A stretch of 64,000 nucleotides of DNA. It comes from a virus. Below the pieces are notes generated by a model. The model ran no database searches, was not told where the DNA came from, and saw only the letters and a list, made by a program, of their open reading frames with translations. A program made the position numbers and the translations under genes. Positions 29,477 to 40,100 of the stretch are shown piece by piece. Positions within the stretch are counted from its first letter, which is position 1. Each line of letters starts with the position of its first letter. Location: IMG/VR virus record IMGVR_UViG_3300046168_000050. The stretch is one strand, 5' to 3'.

Positions 29477-32400
29477 CTAGTAAGTACCACCATCAATTGT
29501 AGAAAGTGCTACGTCACCATTAGTAAGTGTAAACTGTCTTGTACCTTCACCTGCACTATCAGCGTATGCACCAAAGCTTGCTACACCTTTAGATGTTCTT
29601 GTAGCATTTCTACCAGTAACAGTAATAGTAGAACCCGAACCCGAGGTACTAATACCTTGAGGCCAGTCACCTACAATATTAAGTGTTTCACCTAGTGTTT
29701 GTTGTAAACTGGTACCTGCACCAGGAGCTCCTGTACCCGTGCTACCAGTTCCGAAAGTAATATCATTTGAAGTTACTACACCAGTATTAACTGTAAAGTT
29801 AGTAGAATTAAAGCTAGCTGCACCCTTTTGGCTGGCAGATGCTATAGCAGCGCTAATAGTTAATGCAGTACCGGTCGCCGCAGTAGTAATAGTGTTATGA
29901 GTGGTTTCCCCTTGGATAGTAAACGTTTCGCCAAGAGTTGCAGCCGCTGTACCGGTTTGCCCGGAAAGCGTAATATCATCTGCACTAATAATACCAGAAG
30001 AAGAACTAAAATGTGTGGCATTAAAGGTTGCAATACCTTTTGTAGAACCATCAGCAGCAGCGTCCGTGCCGGCAACTGTAATAATACCACTGCCTGGAGT
30101 GATACTAATACCAGTACCAGCTGTTAAGATATCTTCCATGTCTGAATCGACACGAGCAGTTGTATAATAAAGGTTAGAGAGACCTTCGCTTAAGCTATCA
30201 GTAGTTCTTTGAGCAAACTGAGTATTAAAGTTATCACTCGGACCAACAATGGTATCAGCTGTGATAGTGCCTACTCTAAGATCTGCAAATTGATATGAAG
30301 CAGCTGATACGTTAATTTCTGTATCAGGGTCTGTAGAATCTAAGCCTGGTTGATTTAAATTATCAAAGAGCTGATAAGTTCCGCTAGTGGCGTCTCTTAC
30401 AAGACCAGTGTGTCTTTTTGTGCTACCGCCATCATCTGAATAATGACCTAAGAAACCAATATCAATTGTGTCTGATGTCTCGTTGCCATTAGCAAGTTGG
30501 ATCATAGCATCGCTAACAGCTAATGTAGTTGTATTGATTACCGTGTTAGTACCATGTACTGTTAAGTCACCATCAATAATAACATTACTGGTAAAGTTAG
30601 CACCTGAGAATGTTACAGAGTCAGTAGTACCTACTGCTTGTCCAATTGCAAAGGTACCAGTACCTGATGTATATGTTACACCAGTTCCAGCGGCAAAATG
30701 AGCTCTTACTTCAGCCGGGCTAGGTCCCGTGTAGGTAATAGCGCCAGTTGAGTTGTTATAAGCTAAAGATCCATCACCACCTGCATCAGTAACAGAAATA
30801 GCTTGTCTGGCCGGAGATGTAACTCTTGCATTTGTAAAGTAAAGATTAGTCGAGCCTTCAGCTACGCTGTCGGTATCGAAATCAATACTTCCGCCTAGTG
30901 ATATTGTATTGCCTAAAATCTCAATAGTTGAGTTAGCTAATTCAGCATTACTAATTTCGTTATTAGCAAATGTAACAGAATGGCCAGTAAGATCTAATGT
31001 AGTAGCAAGTTCACTATCGGAAATACCACCAGTCTTAACTGCGACATGACCAGATGCGACTTCAAAGTTATCAGTACTAAATGATGCCGTACCAAGATTA
31101 GAACTTGTTGCCTCTTCAGTAGCAATTGTAACAGTACCAGAAGTTACAGAAGTTGTAATACCTTCTCCACCGGCAATGTCAATTGTTCCACCAAGCGATA
31201 TAGGCGTTGTATTAGCATCATCACCAGTAAATGTTGTAGTTGAATTTACAAGCTTGCTGTTTACAATTGCCCCTGCTAACTGAGTATTTGAAACACCGCC
31301 GGCGGCAATAGTAACTGCGCCTGAAGATACCGCAAAATCAGCTGCAGCAAAACTAGCAATACCTTTTGCACTGGTGCTAGCATCTGTTCCAGATATTGTA
31401 ATAGTATTATTTGAAACTGCTGTAGCAATACCTGTACCACCAGTAAAAGTGAGTTCAGAATCTAGTAGGTTAACATTATCATCGGTACCAGTATCAGCTT
31501 TAATTGTAAGATCAGTAGAAATAGAAGCTGTTGTAGCATTAGTAACTCTACCTTGAGCATCAATAGTAAGTACGGGAATTAACGCTGCAGTACCATATGT
31601 ACCAGCTGTCACAGCGGTATTGTCTAGGTCAAATGTTACCTCGTCAGTGCCTACTGTAGAGGTTAGCCCAGTTCCGCCTGTAAATGTTAATGTGTCTGAT
31701 AACAAGTCCACGGCATTGTTGTTAGTACCATCAGTGATATCTAACGTAGTAGCAATATTAACTGTACTTGCTGCTGTTAAGCGGCCGAAAGTATCTACTG
31801 TGAATGTAGGAATTGCCGTAGTTGAACCATATGATCCAGCTGATACCGCAGTTGCATCTAAGGCATAAGATACTGTATTATTACTAATAGTAGCTGTTAC
31901 ATGACCTGCAGCGCCTGTAAAGTTTAGAGCAGAGTCAAGAAGATTTACTGTATCACTGTCAGCAGTATCGCCACGAATAGTGAGATCAGTTGAAATATTA
32001 AGTGTACCAGCAGCAGTTAAGCGACCTTGTTGATCTACAGTAAACGTTGGAATAGCAGAAGCAGAGCCATAAGAACCTGGAGTTACTGCTGTGTTAGATA
32101 GAGTTACAATTAATTCATCAGCAGCATGAGAGGTTTCGATACCTGTGCCACCAGATAAGGTAAGAGTGTCTCCTAAGTCAACTGCCGTACCAGTACCTGC
32201 ATCAGAAGCAATACCAATAGTACTATTATCAAGTTGACTGTTGCCAATTGAGTTAATAGTAACTTCACCAGTACCTGATACGTCAAAGTCAGCTGATGCA
32301 AACGATGCAACACCAACCGCTGAAGTTGTAGCTAAGTCACCGCTAATAGTTACTGTATTGTTAGTAACAGTAGTTGAAATACCGCTTGTACCCAAGAAGC

Positions 32401-32917
32401 TAAGATCAGAATCAGCGATATTAACTACATCAGTACCAGTATCACCCGCAATGTCAATAGTCTTGGCACCAGCAATAAAGTCAACATATTCTTTTGTGGT
32501 AAGAGAGTTTGTGCCAAAGCCTGATCTATCTTTATATCCAGCTGGAACGTTAACTGCGCCTGTACCGTTGGGGGTTAGGGTAAGAGCAGTGTCAGCAGCT
32601 GTAATGGAGATAGTTGATCCGTCAATGTCAATATTATCAACTTTTAAGTTATCTATTTTACTGTTAGCGTCAACTAAAAGTGCACTCGAGGCTGTAAGTA
32701 CACCTAAAGCATGATCTAGTTTATCAGTAAAATATGAACCGCCAATAACTTCAATATTGGCTGCTACACCTGCCGTTTCAGTTCCTGTGCCGATATATAG
32801 TCTATCACCACCGGATACAACTGAATGGTCAGCATAGCTGTATGCCATTTCTCCGTTTCGTAAAGCCGATGGGGCGCCACTAGTACCCGATCTTTTTATC
32901 TTAATTATAGATGCCAT
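29477..32917 (-). CDS. Long repetitive tail fibre
   Basis: MASIIKIKRSG N-terminal domain; repeats of V(T/S)(P/A)G(S/T)YG...IP.(F/L)T(V/I)D..GR.T.A and G(V/I)ASF....F.V..G.V; ends IDGGTY. Confidence 0.85.
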   Translation of the reverse strand: MASIIKIKRSGTSGAPSALRNGEMAYSYADHSVVSGGDRLYIGTGTETAGVAANIEVIGGSYFTDKLDHALGVLTASSALLVDANSKIDNLKVDNIDIDGSTISITAADTALTLTPNGTGAVNVPAGYKDRSGFGTNSLTTKEYVDFIAGAKTIDIAGDTGTDVVNIADSDLSFLGTSGISTTVTNNTVTISGDLATTSAVGVASFASADFDVSGTGEVTINSIGNSQLDNSTIGIASDAGTGTAVDLGDTLTLSGGTGIETSHAADELIVTLSNTAVTPGSYGSASAIPTFTVDQQGRLTAAGTLNISTDLTIRGDTADSDTVNLLDSALNFTGAAGHVTATISNNTVSYALDATAVSAGSYGSTTAIPTFTVDTFGRLTAASTVNIATTLDITDGTNNNAVDLLSDTLTFTGGTGLTSTVGTDEVTFDLDNTAVTAGTYGTAALIPVLTIDAQGRVTNATTASISTDLTIKADTGTDDNVNLLDSELTFTGGTGIATAVSNNTITISGTDASTSAKGIASFAAADFAVSSGAVTIAAGGVSNTQLAGAIVNSKLVNSTTTFTGDDANTTPISLGGTIDIAGGEGITTSVTSGTVTIATEEATSSNLGTASFSTDNFEVASGHVAVKTGGISDSELATTLDLTGHSVTFANNEISNAELANSTIEILGNTISLGGSIDFDTDSVAEGSTNLYFTNARVTSPARQAISVTDAGGDGSLAYNNSTGAITYTGPSPAEVRAHFAAGTGVTYTSGTGTFAIGQAVGTTDSVTFSGANFTSNVIIDGDLTVHGTNTVINTTTLAVSDAMIQLANGNETSDTIDIGFLGHYSDDGGSTKRHTGLVRDATSGTYQLFDNLNQPGLDSTDPDTEINVSAASYQFADLRVGTITADTIVGPSDNFNTQFAQRTTDSLSEGLSNLYYTTARVDSDMEDILTAGTGISITPGSGIITVAGTDAAADGSTKGIATFNATHFSSSSGIISADDITLSGQTGTAAATLGETFTIQGETTHNTITTAATGTALTISAAIASASQKGAASFNSTNFTVNTGVVTSNDITFGTGSTGTGAPGAGTSLQQTLGETLNIVGDWPQGISTSGSGSTITVTGRNATRTSKGVASFGAYADSAGEGTRQFTLTNGDVALSTIDGGTY

Positions 32918-33225
32918 TAATAAAAGCCCCCGTCTTGACTTATTTCTACATTACCCAGTTCATTTCCTGCTGCCCATTTGTCACTCGCCGAATCATAGAT
33001 AATTAATGAACCATCTGCTAAACTTGTAAAGTCTACATTTAAATTTTCAAACCTAACCTTACTAAAGGATAGGTTCCCTGCGCCATCTGTTGTCATTACA
33101 GATCCCGCTGAGTCTGCATCTACAGTCGGATAACTTAACTCTCCAACTTGCAGCGAACCGCGAAATACTGCAGAGTCCGTGACATCTAAACCGGTTTTTA
33201 TGACAAACTTTTGTTTAATCGCCAT
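32917..33225 (-). CDS. Small fibre adaptor protein
   Basis: MAIKQKFVIKTGL...VMTTDGAGNLSF...QDGGFY; TAATG-coupled to the next gene. Confidence 0.75.
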   Translation of the reverse strand: MAIKQKFVIKTGLDVTDSAVFRGSLQVGELSYPTVDADSAGSVMTTDGAGNLSFSKVRFENLNVDFTSLADGSLIIYDSASDKWAAGNELGNVEISQDGGFY

Positions 33226-33262
33226 ATGCTTAGAGACTCCTATTCATGACAAATATTACCTT

Positions 33263-33270
33263 TATTTATA
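33263..33270 (-). promoter_or_regulatory. T4-type late promoter
   Basis: TATAAATA in the intergenic gap; SD AGGAG downstream. Confidence 0.8.
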
Positions 33271-33281
33271 TGTTTTTTCTT

Positions 33282-34199
33282 TTATGCTTCAATGTTTATT
33301 CTTTTTGCCTTGACTATTGTATTAACGTAATACGGTGTAACAATTAACTCAAATTGCTCATCTTGTATCCGCGCATCAATTATTCCTAAATCAGAGTCAG
33401 TTTGCAGCACGCCATATTCAGTCATATAAACATTAGTATTATCATGTGTAAATAAAACTTCAGAAGAATAATACTTATTGTTATCAGTTTCATGAAGCGA
33501 TATTAAATATTTAAGTGACCTATATTGGTCTGCAGAAAAAGTATCAACTACATAGTCAGCAGTAGTTAATCCTGGTTCTGGCATATCTGCATCTAATTCA
33601 AATAAAGACGCTCCTTTAGCCCTCTCCAAAACATATGCCGAATCAAAAAAGTTTTCTAATCCTGGCGCCGTCTGAGTAGAATCATAAATATAATTATCAC
33701 CTCGAATCCAGTCATTAATTGTGTCAATAGTTCTGGCTGAATCAAATTTAGATAAAGGAACTAATTGGCTTGAATCCACTGGCTGGCCAGGAACAGGTGC
33801 GGGCCCTACAGAAAGTGTTCCACCGCCTCCATCTGCTAGGACGGTTCCTCCTAAGAAGATTGTCTCACCAGCTAGAAATAATTCTTTAAATCTTTTTGTA
33901 GGAGAACCTAAATTGTAAGCAATGTCAGTATCAGGTACCATATTACCGGTAACAATAGTACCACCAGAATCTACATTATCAGTGATTCCTGACAAAACAA
34001 TATTTGTAGGCTTATTAGTGAGGTTTTCATAGTTTCGATAAAACCCCGGAGAATCTCCACCTAAGGTAGCCGCGTCATAAAAAACCTGATCAACAGATTT
34101 TATAGGAGTACCAACCATCACCTTTTTTACAATGGTAGTGCTTTCAGATACTCTTATCTCGGGGTTTTGATTTACCTTTACTACATATTTGTCAGACAT
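33282..34199 (-). CDS. Virion structural/fibre adaptor protein
   Basis: YNLGSPTKRFKELFL fibre motif; C-terminal DTF...YRSLKY...SSEV...MTEYG domain. Confidence 0.7.
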   Translation of the reverse strand: MSDKYVVKVNQNPEIRVSESTTIVKKVMVGTPIKSVDQVFYDAATLGGDSPGFYRNYENLTNKPTNIVLSGITDNVDSGGTIVTGNMVPDTDIAYNLGSPTKRFKELFLAGETIFLGGTVLADGGGGTLSVGPAPVPGQPVDSSQLVPLSKFDSARTIDTINDWIRGDNYIYDSTQTAPGLENFFDSAYVLERAKGASLFELDADMPEPGLTTADYVVDTFSADQYRSLKYLISLHETDNNKYYSSEVLFTHDNTNVYMTEYGVLQTDSDLGIIDARIQDEQFELIVTPYYVNTIVKAKRINIEA

Positions 34200-34203
34200 T
34201 CAC

Positions 34204-34557
34204 TCACCTAGTTACAGAAGGAGTCACTTGGGCTCTTCCTTCTAATATCCGCTCGATAATTGTATTATTGTCTGAATCCTGATATTGTAGCTCCACATCA
34301 TAAACATAGCGACCGGCTTTCAATGCATCTGTTTGAGTGTTTGAAAGACTTAAAGTAATTTTGCCATCAGTAGCAGGGGTAGCTACAATACCTGTAAAGT
34401 CTACCGTGTCTGCACTATCACTGTTATAGGATTTTTTGAGTTTAGCGGATACTGTATGATTAGTCAGGTCCTTTGTCGAACCATCTAATGCAACTAGATG
34501 TACTTCTATTGCTACATCGGCCCCTTGGTCGATGGTAAATTCTTCATACTGGGCCAT
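34204..34557 (-). CDS. Small Ig-like (BppU-like) virion protein typical of T4-like fibre clusters
   Basis: IDQGAD...DLTNHT...GKITLSL...LKAGRYVYDVEL...RILEG...VTPSVT. Confidence 0.75.
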   Translation of the reverse strand: MAQYEEFTIDQGADVAIEVHLVALDGSTKDLTNHTVSAKLKKSYNSDSADTVDFTGIVATPATDGKITLSLSNTQTDALKAGRYVYDVELQYQDSDNNTIIERILEGRAQVTPSVTR

Positions 34558-34615
34558 AGAATTCCTCGCTGATTCATTTGTCGGTACACTATCGCACCCT
34601 GCCGCTATTTGATGT

Positions 34616-34623
34616 TATTTATA
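34616..34623 (-). promoter_or_regulatory. T4-type late promoter with a ~55-nt leader
   Basis: TATAAATA on the minus strand; SD GAGGA before ATG 34557. Confidence 0.8.
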
Positions 34624-34627
34624 CTTT

Positions 34628-35092
34628 TTAAATGTTGAAGGGTCTAACTATTTTAAAATGAGTACCTAACGTTTCTAAGGTTAACTCAGTGCCACAATAT
34701 CTTAACCAATATGCTAAAAATGTTCTGTTATCGAAAAAAGGTACAGCTGCTTCTATATTAGAGCATTTAGTCTGCCAAACATTATTTACAAAAATAGAAA
34801 CCATTATGTCATCTTTTTTAGCAAACAAAACATCGTAATTTTGAGCTGCATTTATCGAATATTCAATACTAGTATATCCATACTGCTCTTCTACAGTAGC
34901 GCCTCTGATAAAAGATTGCATGACATCTCTAAATCCATCGACTGTGGTAGCACCCGATCTTTCAAATTCCTTTTTCATATTTTGTGTATTATTAAACCTC
35001 TCCTCAAGCCTTATAAAAAAATCAATCATAGTATGATCAAAATTTGTACTTGGGGTATTTAAAAAATTATTAACGTCATTCTCTAAAGACAT
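34628..35092 (-). CDS. Hypothetical protein
   Basis: 154-aa ORF in operon, SD AGGT; no recognisable motif. Confidence 0.65.
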   Translation of the reverse strand: MSLENDVNNFLNTPSTNFDHTMIDFFIRLEERFNNTQNMKKEFERSGATTVDGFRDVMQSFIRGATVEEQYGYTSIEYSINAAQNYDVLFAKKDDIMVSIFVNNVWQTKCSNIEAAVPFFDNRTFLAYWLRYCGTELTLETLGTHFKIVRPFNI

Positions 35093-35102
35093 TATCTACC
35101 TA

Positions 35103-36854
35103 CTATGCTTGGTTAAAAGAAAACTCTACTGTAACATCTTGTCCTGTGTCTCCACTAGCAAATCTATCCCCAGTATAAGTAACTGGACCTGATACACTTG
35201 AGGAAGAGGATGTTGCAGCATCTCTAAAGATATACGCATGAACTTCCGGAGACCATGCGAAACTTTGTACTGTATAAGAATCACTAGTATGAGAGCTTAA
35301 AGGAAAAGTAAAAATCCCTTGTTTATTAGACCACTTAAGTTTAAAAACAATGTTACCTAAAGCGTTGGGTTTAAGTGTCGGTTGTGATTGCCGGCCTCCA
35401 ATCATGTCTCCAGAAGATGTGTACCCTCCATTAGAATTTTCATTGTAAAGGCTTATAAAAAAATAAAAACTCGCGCCGGTGACCCAGGTGGTAGGGTCTG
35501 TTCCGGAAGGTACGCTGGTACTTTGAGATAAATTTACTCTATTAGTAATTGCAGATAAGTTTATTTCCGGTCTCCACCCCTCATATATTCCTGCTCCTGA
35601 TCCTAATCTAGGCAACTGAGATTGATAGTTTTCTCTATACGGTATAATAGTTTTAACTGCAAGTAAATCAGTTGTAGAGGTATCAAATCTAATAGTGCGA
35701 GATCCATTATATTTCATGGAATATATGTCTGATGATGTTGTATTAGTAATTTTCATAGGAGTTTGTCCTAAGAATCCCCAAGGATCAGGATTATCAGCTG
35801 GATAGAATGTATACGGGTAATTACCTACTGGAATGCCTCCAGAAGCTGCTCCATAAAACTCAGAAAAACTAGATTGCGCTTCAGAGGCTTTATTTATTAA
35901 TGCTCTTACATCTTCATCATTTATAGTTACTGTAGTTTCGCCGACACCTTCATCTAAATACGCTATTATGACTGCTCCTGAGTGCCCCGAACCGCTATAG
36001 TTTGTACCACCTTCAGCGGCAACTCCCCCTCCACCGGCACCATAAGCTAGCCCAGGCGAAGCTGACCCGGCCTGTCCGCTACTATGTTGAACGCCGCGAC
36101 CTCCTTGGAAAGTATTAGATACTGCTACTTGGCCATTTTTTAAAGTAAATTCATTAGGAAAAGCTGGTGCAGATGAGTATTGACCAAAGTGCGGACCTCC
36201 AGCCCCTCCGATCTCTATACCATTTAATCCAGACACAGATTGACCAACTAAGTTTGCAGAACCTCCACCTTTTGCGCCTGATCCATCACCACCTCTAGTT
36301 AAAAGAGTGGATCCTCCACCAGTATAATTATCCATACCGCCTGATCCAACTCCTCCGTTACTCTCATGAGCATAACCCCAACCATTTACATAAACATCGC
36401 TGTTGTCACCGTTAGCTGGATCTGTAGCAGATCCATAACCACGCTCTCCTCCAGATGCGCTAATAGTTGTTCCAACATTAGGATCAAAAGTTGTAGTACC
36501 ACCAGACCGGCCTGATCTTCTACCTCCACCACCGGCGGCAGATACACTAGCACCTCCAGAACCAATAGTAACAGAAAAACTTGATATACCAGAAGATCTA
36601 TAATAAGTTCTTACTGCAGTACCTCCAGCACCGCCTCCTGTAGCAACCTTTTCTCTACCGGCATCTGTACTAGCTGCCCCACCACTACCGCCACCTCCAA
36701 TAGCAAAGACTTTAATGGACGTCCAATCATTATTAGTTCTTAAGTTATAAGAGCCGCTAGCAGAGAATATTCCAACCGCTACCGCACCAGTAAATCCTGC
36801 TGCTTCTTGATGTATGTTATTAAGAGAGATAGGTCCAGATTCTTGTAAAGCCAT
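35103..36854 (-). CDS. Fibre-tip adhesin-like protein with a glycine-rich domain
   Basis: MALQESGPISL N-terminus, GGGGSGG/GGGAGG loops, SFSEFYG motif; lies downstream of the S74-bearing fibre. Confidence 0.7.
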   Translation of the reverse strand: MALQESGPISLNNIHQEAAGFTGAVAVGIFSASGSYNLRTNNDWTSIKVFAIGGGGSGGAASTDAGREKVATGGGAGGTAVRTYYRSSGISSFSVTIGSGGASVSAAGGGGRRSGRSGGTTTFDPNVGTTISASGGERGYGSATDPANGDNSDVYVNGWGYAHESNGGVGSGGMDNYTGGGSTLLTRGGDGSGAKGGGSANLVGQSVSGLNGIEIGGAGGPHFGQYSSAPAFPNEFTLKNGQVAVSNTFQGGRGVQHSSGQAGSASPGLAYGAGGGGVAAEGGTNYSGSGHSGAVIIAYLDEGVGETTVTINDEDVRALINKASEAQSSFSEFYGAASGGIPVGNYPYTFYPADNPDPWGFLGQTPMKITNTTSSDIYSMKYNGSRTIRFDTSTTDLLAVKTIIPYRENYQSQLPRLGSGAGIYEGWRPEINLSAITNRVNLSQSTSVPSGTDPTTWVTGASFYFFISLYNENSNGGYTSSGDMIGGRQSQPTLKPNALGNIVFKLKWSNKQGIFTFPLSSHTSDSYTVQSFAWSPEVHAYIFRDAATSSSSSVSGPVTYTGDRFASGDTGQDVTVEFSFNQA

Positions 36855-37198
36855 TACACATACCTCATATATTCTTCATCTGAATCCCAAACTCTACTCA
36901 ACGCCCAAGAAGTAGACGAACTATCCCAGATATAATCTTCTGTTGCTGTTCCCGGATAAGCAACAGGAGCAATATACTCATAAGTAGATGAATCTAATAT
37001 ATAGCCCCCTACAGGAGAGGTTGCCCAATATACAGCTTGTAAGTTAGTATCATAATACTTACCTATTTCACCTGATCCTTGTACATCAGAGTCTAAGACT
37101 GCCCAATCTATAAACGATGCAACAGATCCTAAAGAATCTACATCAATAATATTTTCAATAATATTAGTATGAGTGTTAATAACTAAAGCAGTTTTCAC
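36854..37198 (-). CDS. Small fibre-associated protein
   Basis: EIGKYYD...APVAYP...YIWDSSSTSW pattern; 5 DS in 114 aa; coupled to both neighbours. Confidence 0.65.
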   Translation of the reverse strand: MKTALVINTHTNIIENIIDVDSLGSVASFIDWAVLDSDVQGSGEIGKYYDTNLQAVYWATSPVGGYILDSSTYEYIAPVAYPGTATEDYIWDSSSTSWALSRVWDSDEEYMRYV

Positions 37199-37199
37199 G

Positions 37200-40100
37200 T
37201 TATCTACCTTGCAATTCTTTTTTTAGTTTATCTATCTGAACTTGTTGATCTTTAATAGCTTCAATTAGTAAAGGAACTATTCTTTCGTATCTAACCGTCA
37301 GGTAATCTTCACCTGACTTAGAGTTACCATCTTCATCTGTATCAAATGGAGCTGAAGTTACAGCATCCGGAATTACTTTTTGGATTTCTTGAGCAATAAC
37401 ACCATGTTCATCTTTTGATTCCGGAGTAAAGCCTACAGCTGTTGCAGCTTCCTCGTTCCAGGTATAACTATAACCACCAATGCTTTTTAATTTTCTAATA
37501 GGATCAGAAATAACTGCTATATTTTCTTTTAATCTCTCATCTGAAGAATAAGCTGTAATATTACCTGTAGCAGAGAAAGAACCGGTATATGAGCCGGACA
37601 TTTTTACTTCATCGGCTGCTACAGTAATACCATTTCCTGCTCCTACATTAATAGTTCTATTAACGTTTAGTGTGCCTCCGCCGGTTAATCCATTACCGGC
37701 AGTAACTCCTGTATTAGTCTCAAACGTTAAATCAAACGGATCTGTATTAGAACCTGGATTAGTGTCCGTCCAGATAATCCTAACTCCGCCACCTTCTCTA
37801 AATTTCCACTCTTTATTGTGTGAAATAGTAACTTCAGTACCATCATGATCTTCAACTTGAAATGTAGTTAATTGGTTTGTGTCCGTTACAGTTTCTGTGG
37901 CAGTACTAATACCAGTAACATGTCCATATGTATCTAACATAATATCTTGAATATATGTTCTACCACTATTATTCGAAGATCCTTGGTCGGATGTATCTGT
38001 GTGACTGATAGTCATTCTGTCACTAGCAGCATCAGAAGCAAGAGTAATACCTCCTCCTGCTCTAATATAGAAAATATCATCATTAACACCCGCTGTAATA
38101 ACGTCTAGATCAGAGCCATCAGCTGCTTCCGGTATAATTCTTTTAAATATACTCTGAAGAGAACCTCTATCTACATTAGTAAAAGTAAGCTGATCATCAG
38201 CTGTCTTTTCTATTTGCATCCCCGTCCCTTGCTCAAAATGCAAGGTGTCGCCAGAAGTTATAGTACCTGTTTCGCCTCCATTACCTTCTAAAAACGACCA
38301 TGAAACATAGTTATCAAAAGTGCCTAGTGCAGGAATCATAACTGTTTTTGTATTAACACCTGTAACATGCCCTCTTGCGTTTGAAGTAAGACTGTCAATA
38401 GCCGTAAACGTACCTCCAAATGCAGGAGCACTTGCATTATTTGTATTAGTTCTTGTTATATTATCATGGTCGATAGTTAATGTTTGATTAGTACTCTGAT
38501 TAGTTGTAAATGTCCTATCTGTTTCATCAAAGTGAAGGTCACTGCCAGCTGCTAATGTAATAGTAGCATCACCTACAGTCACTGAACCCGAAACTATATC
38601 AGTAATGTGACCGTATGTGTCTAAAGAGATATCTTGAATAAAGCTGTTGCCTGTATTATTAACTGATCCTTGAGAAGAAGTGTCGGTATGAGCAAATTCA
38701 CCTGTAGAGCTATTATATGATAATCCCCCGCCCGCATTTAACCAACCAGCGGTTGCTACTCTTGTATAAACAGGGTCGTTACCTTCACCAACCTGCCAGT
38801 AATCATTAGCTTCATTCCACCTTAATTGTACGTTGGTACTATTACCTCTTTCAATCTCAATACCACCGTTCTGTGTTGGAGTATTAGCTGCATTAGAGTT
38901 AAGCAAAATAATATTGTCAGCAATAGCTACAGTCTCAGTGTTAACTGTAGTAGTGGTGCCAGATATTGTTAGATTTCCATCAATAACCGCATTACCAGTA
39001 ACATCTAAGTTACGGCCTACAAATACATCTTGACCTGTGGTAAGGTCTGTAGTTACAGTAACACTGCTTGGTAAACCCACGGTGGCAGAAGATCCTTCAC
39101 CTGGCGTGTGACTTACTTCTATTTCATTGGCAGTACCTGAGATACCAGACATATAATTACCGGTAGTTTCAGTACCTAGAATTACACCATTATCTTTAAT
39201 GGTAACAACTCCGTTAGATACAGAGAAGTTATCAGTACTAAATGAAGCTACACCTTTATTAGTGCTTGTCGCAAGCTCTGCTGATATAGTTACTTTATTA
39301 TTAGTTACTGCAGCGTTAATACCTTCACCTTCAGAAAACCTAAGTTTGTCATTTAAAAGATCAACTGCATCAGAATCTAAACTATCATCGCTTATAGTAA
39401 GTGTAGTAGCAATACTTACCGGAGTTACGTTAGTAAGTCTACCTTTACCATCTACAGTAAATGATGGAATAGAAGTTGTAGATCCATATGAACCAGCTGT
39501 TACTGTTGTATCATCTAATACAAAATCAAGAGTGCCATCTCCGTCTTGATATGTGACTGTAATATCTGTTTCAGTATTACCGGTAACCATGGCGCCAACC
39601 ATGTCCTGAATAGCTTCATCGCTAATAGTGATAGTAGCTCCAGTGGTAAAATCAGTAGTGTCTAGATTAGCGTATGCAACTAATCGGCTTGGAGTTGCAG
39701 CGTTGTTATAAGACGCTTCCCAATAATCGCTAGTTTCATTCCATTGGATTACGGCGCTATCTTGTGTACCTCTATCAATGGAAATACCAGCATTGGCCGA
39801 AGGAGCTCCAGTTGTACCATCTAAAAGTTCAACAAAAGCTGAAGCCAATTTTTGAGCGCCAGTTATAATAAAATCACCGCCGATTGTAAAGTTTCCACCT
39901 ATTCCAAGATCATTAGTTATAGTAACATTATTAGGTAAACCTACGGTCACTGTCCCGTTAGTTCTAGAAACCTCTACTTCATTAGTTGTTCCGTCTATTC
40001 CTAAAACCGCGCCGGTTGTAAGGTTAGCCAGGGTTACATTGCCATTAGATACAGCAAAATCTCCGTTATCAAACTTGGCAGCGCCTATATTAGTATCAGA

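Noticed and set aside
34561-34612. Structured ncRNA or riboswitch in the leader of 34204..34557
   Set aside because: Only a 6-bp stem with two G-U pairs (GGTGCG-ATAG-TGTACC); too weak to call without covariation data
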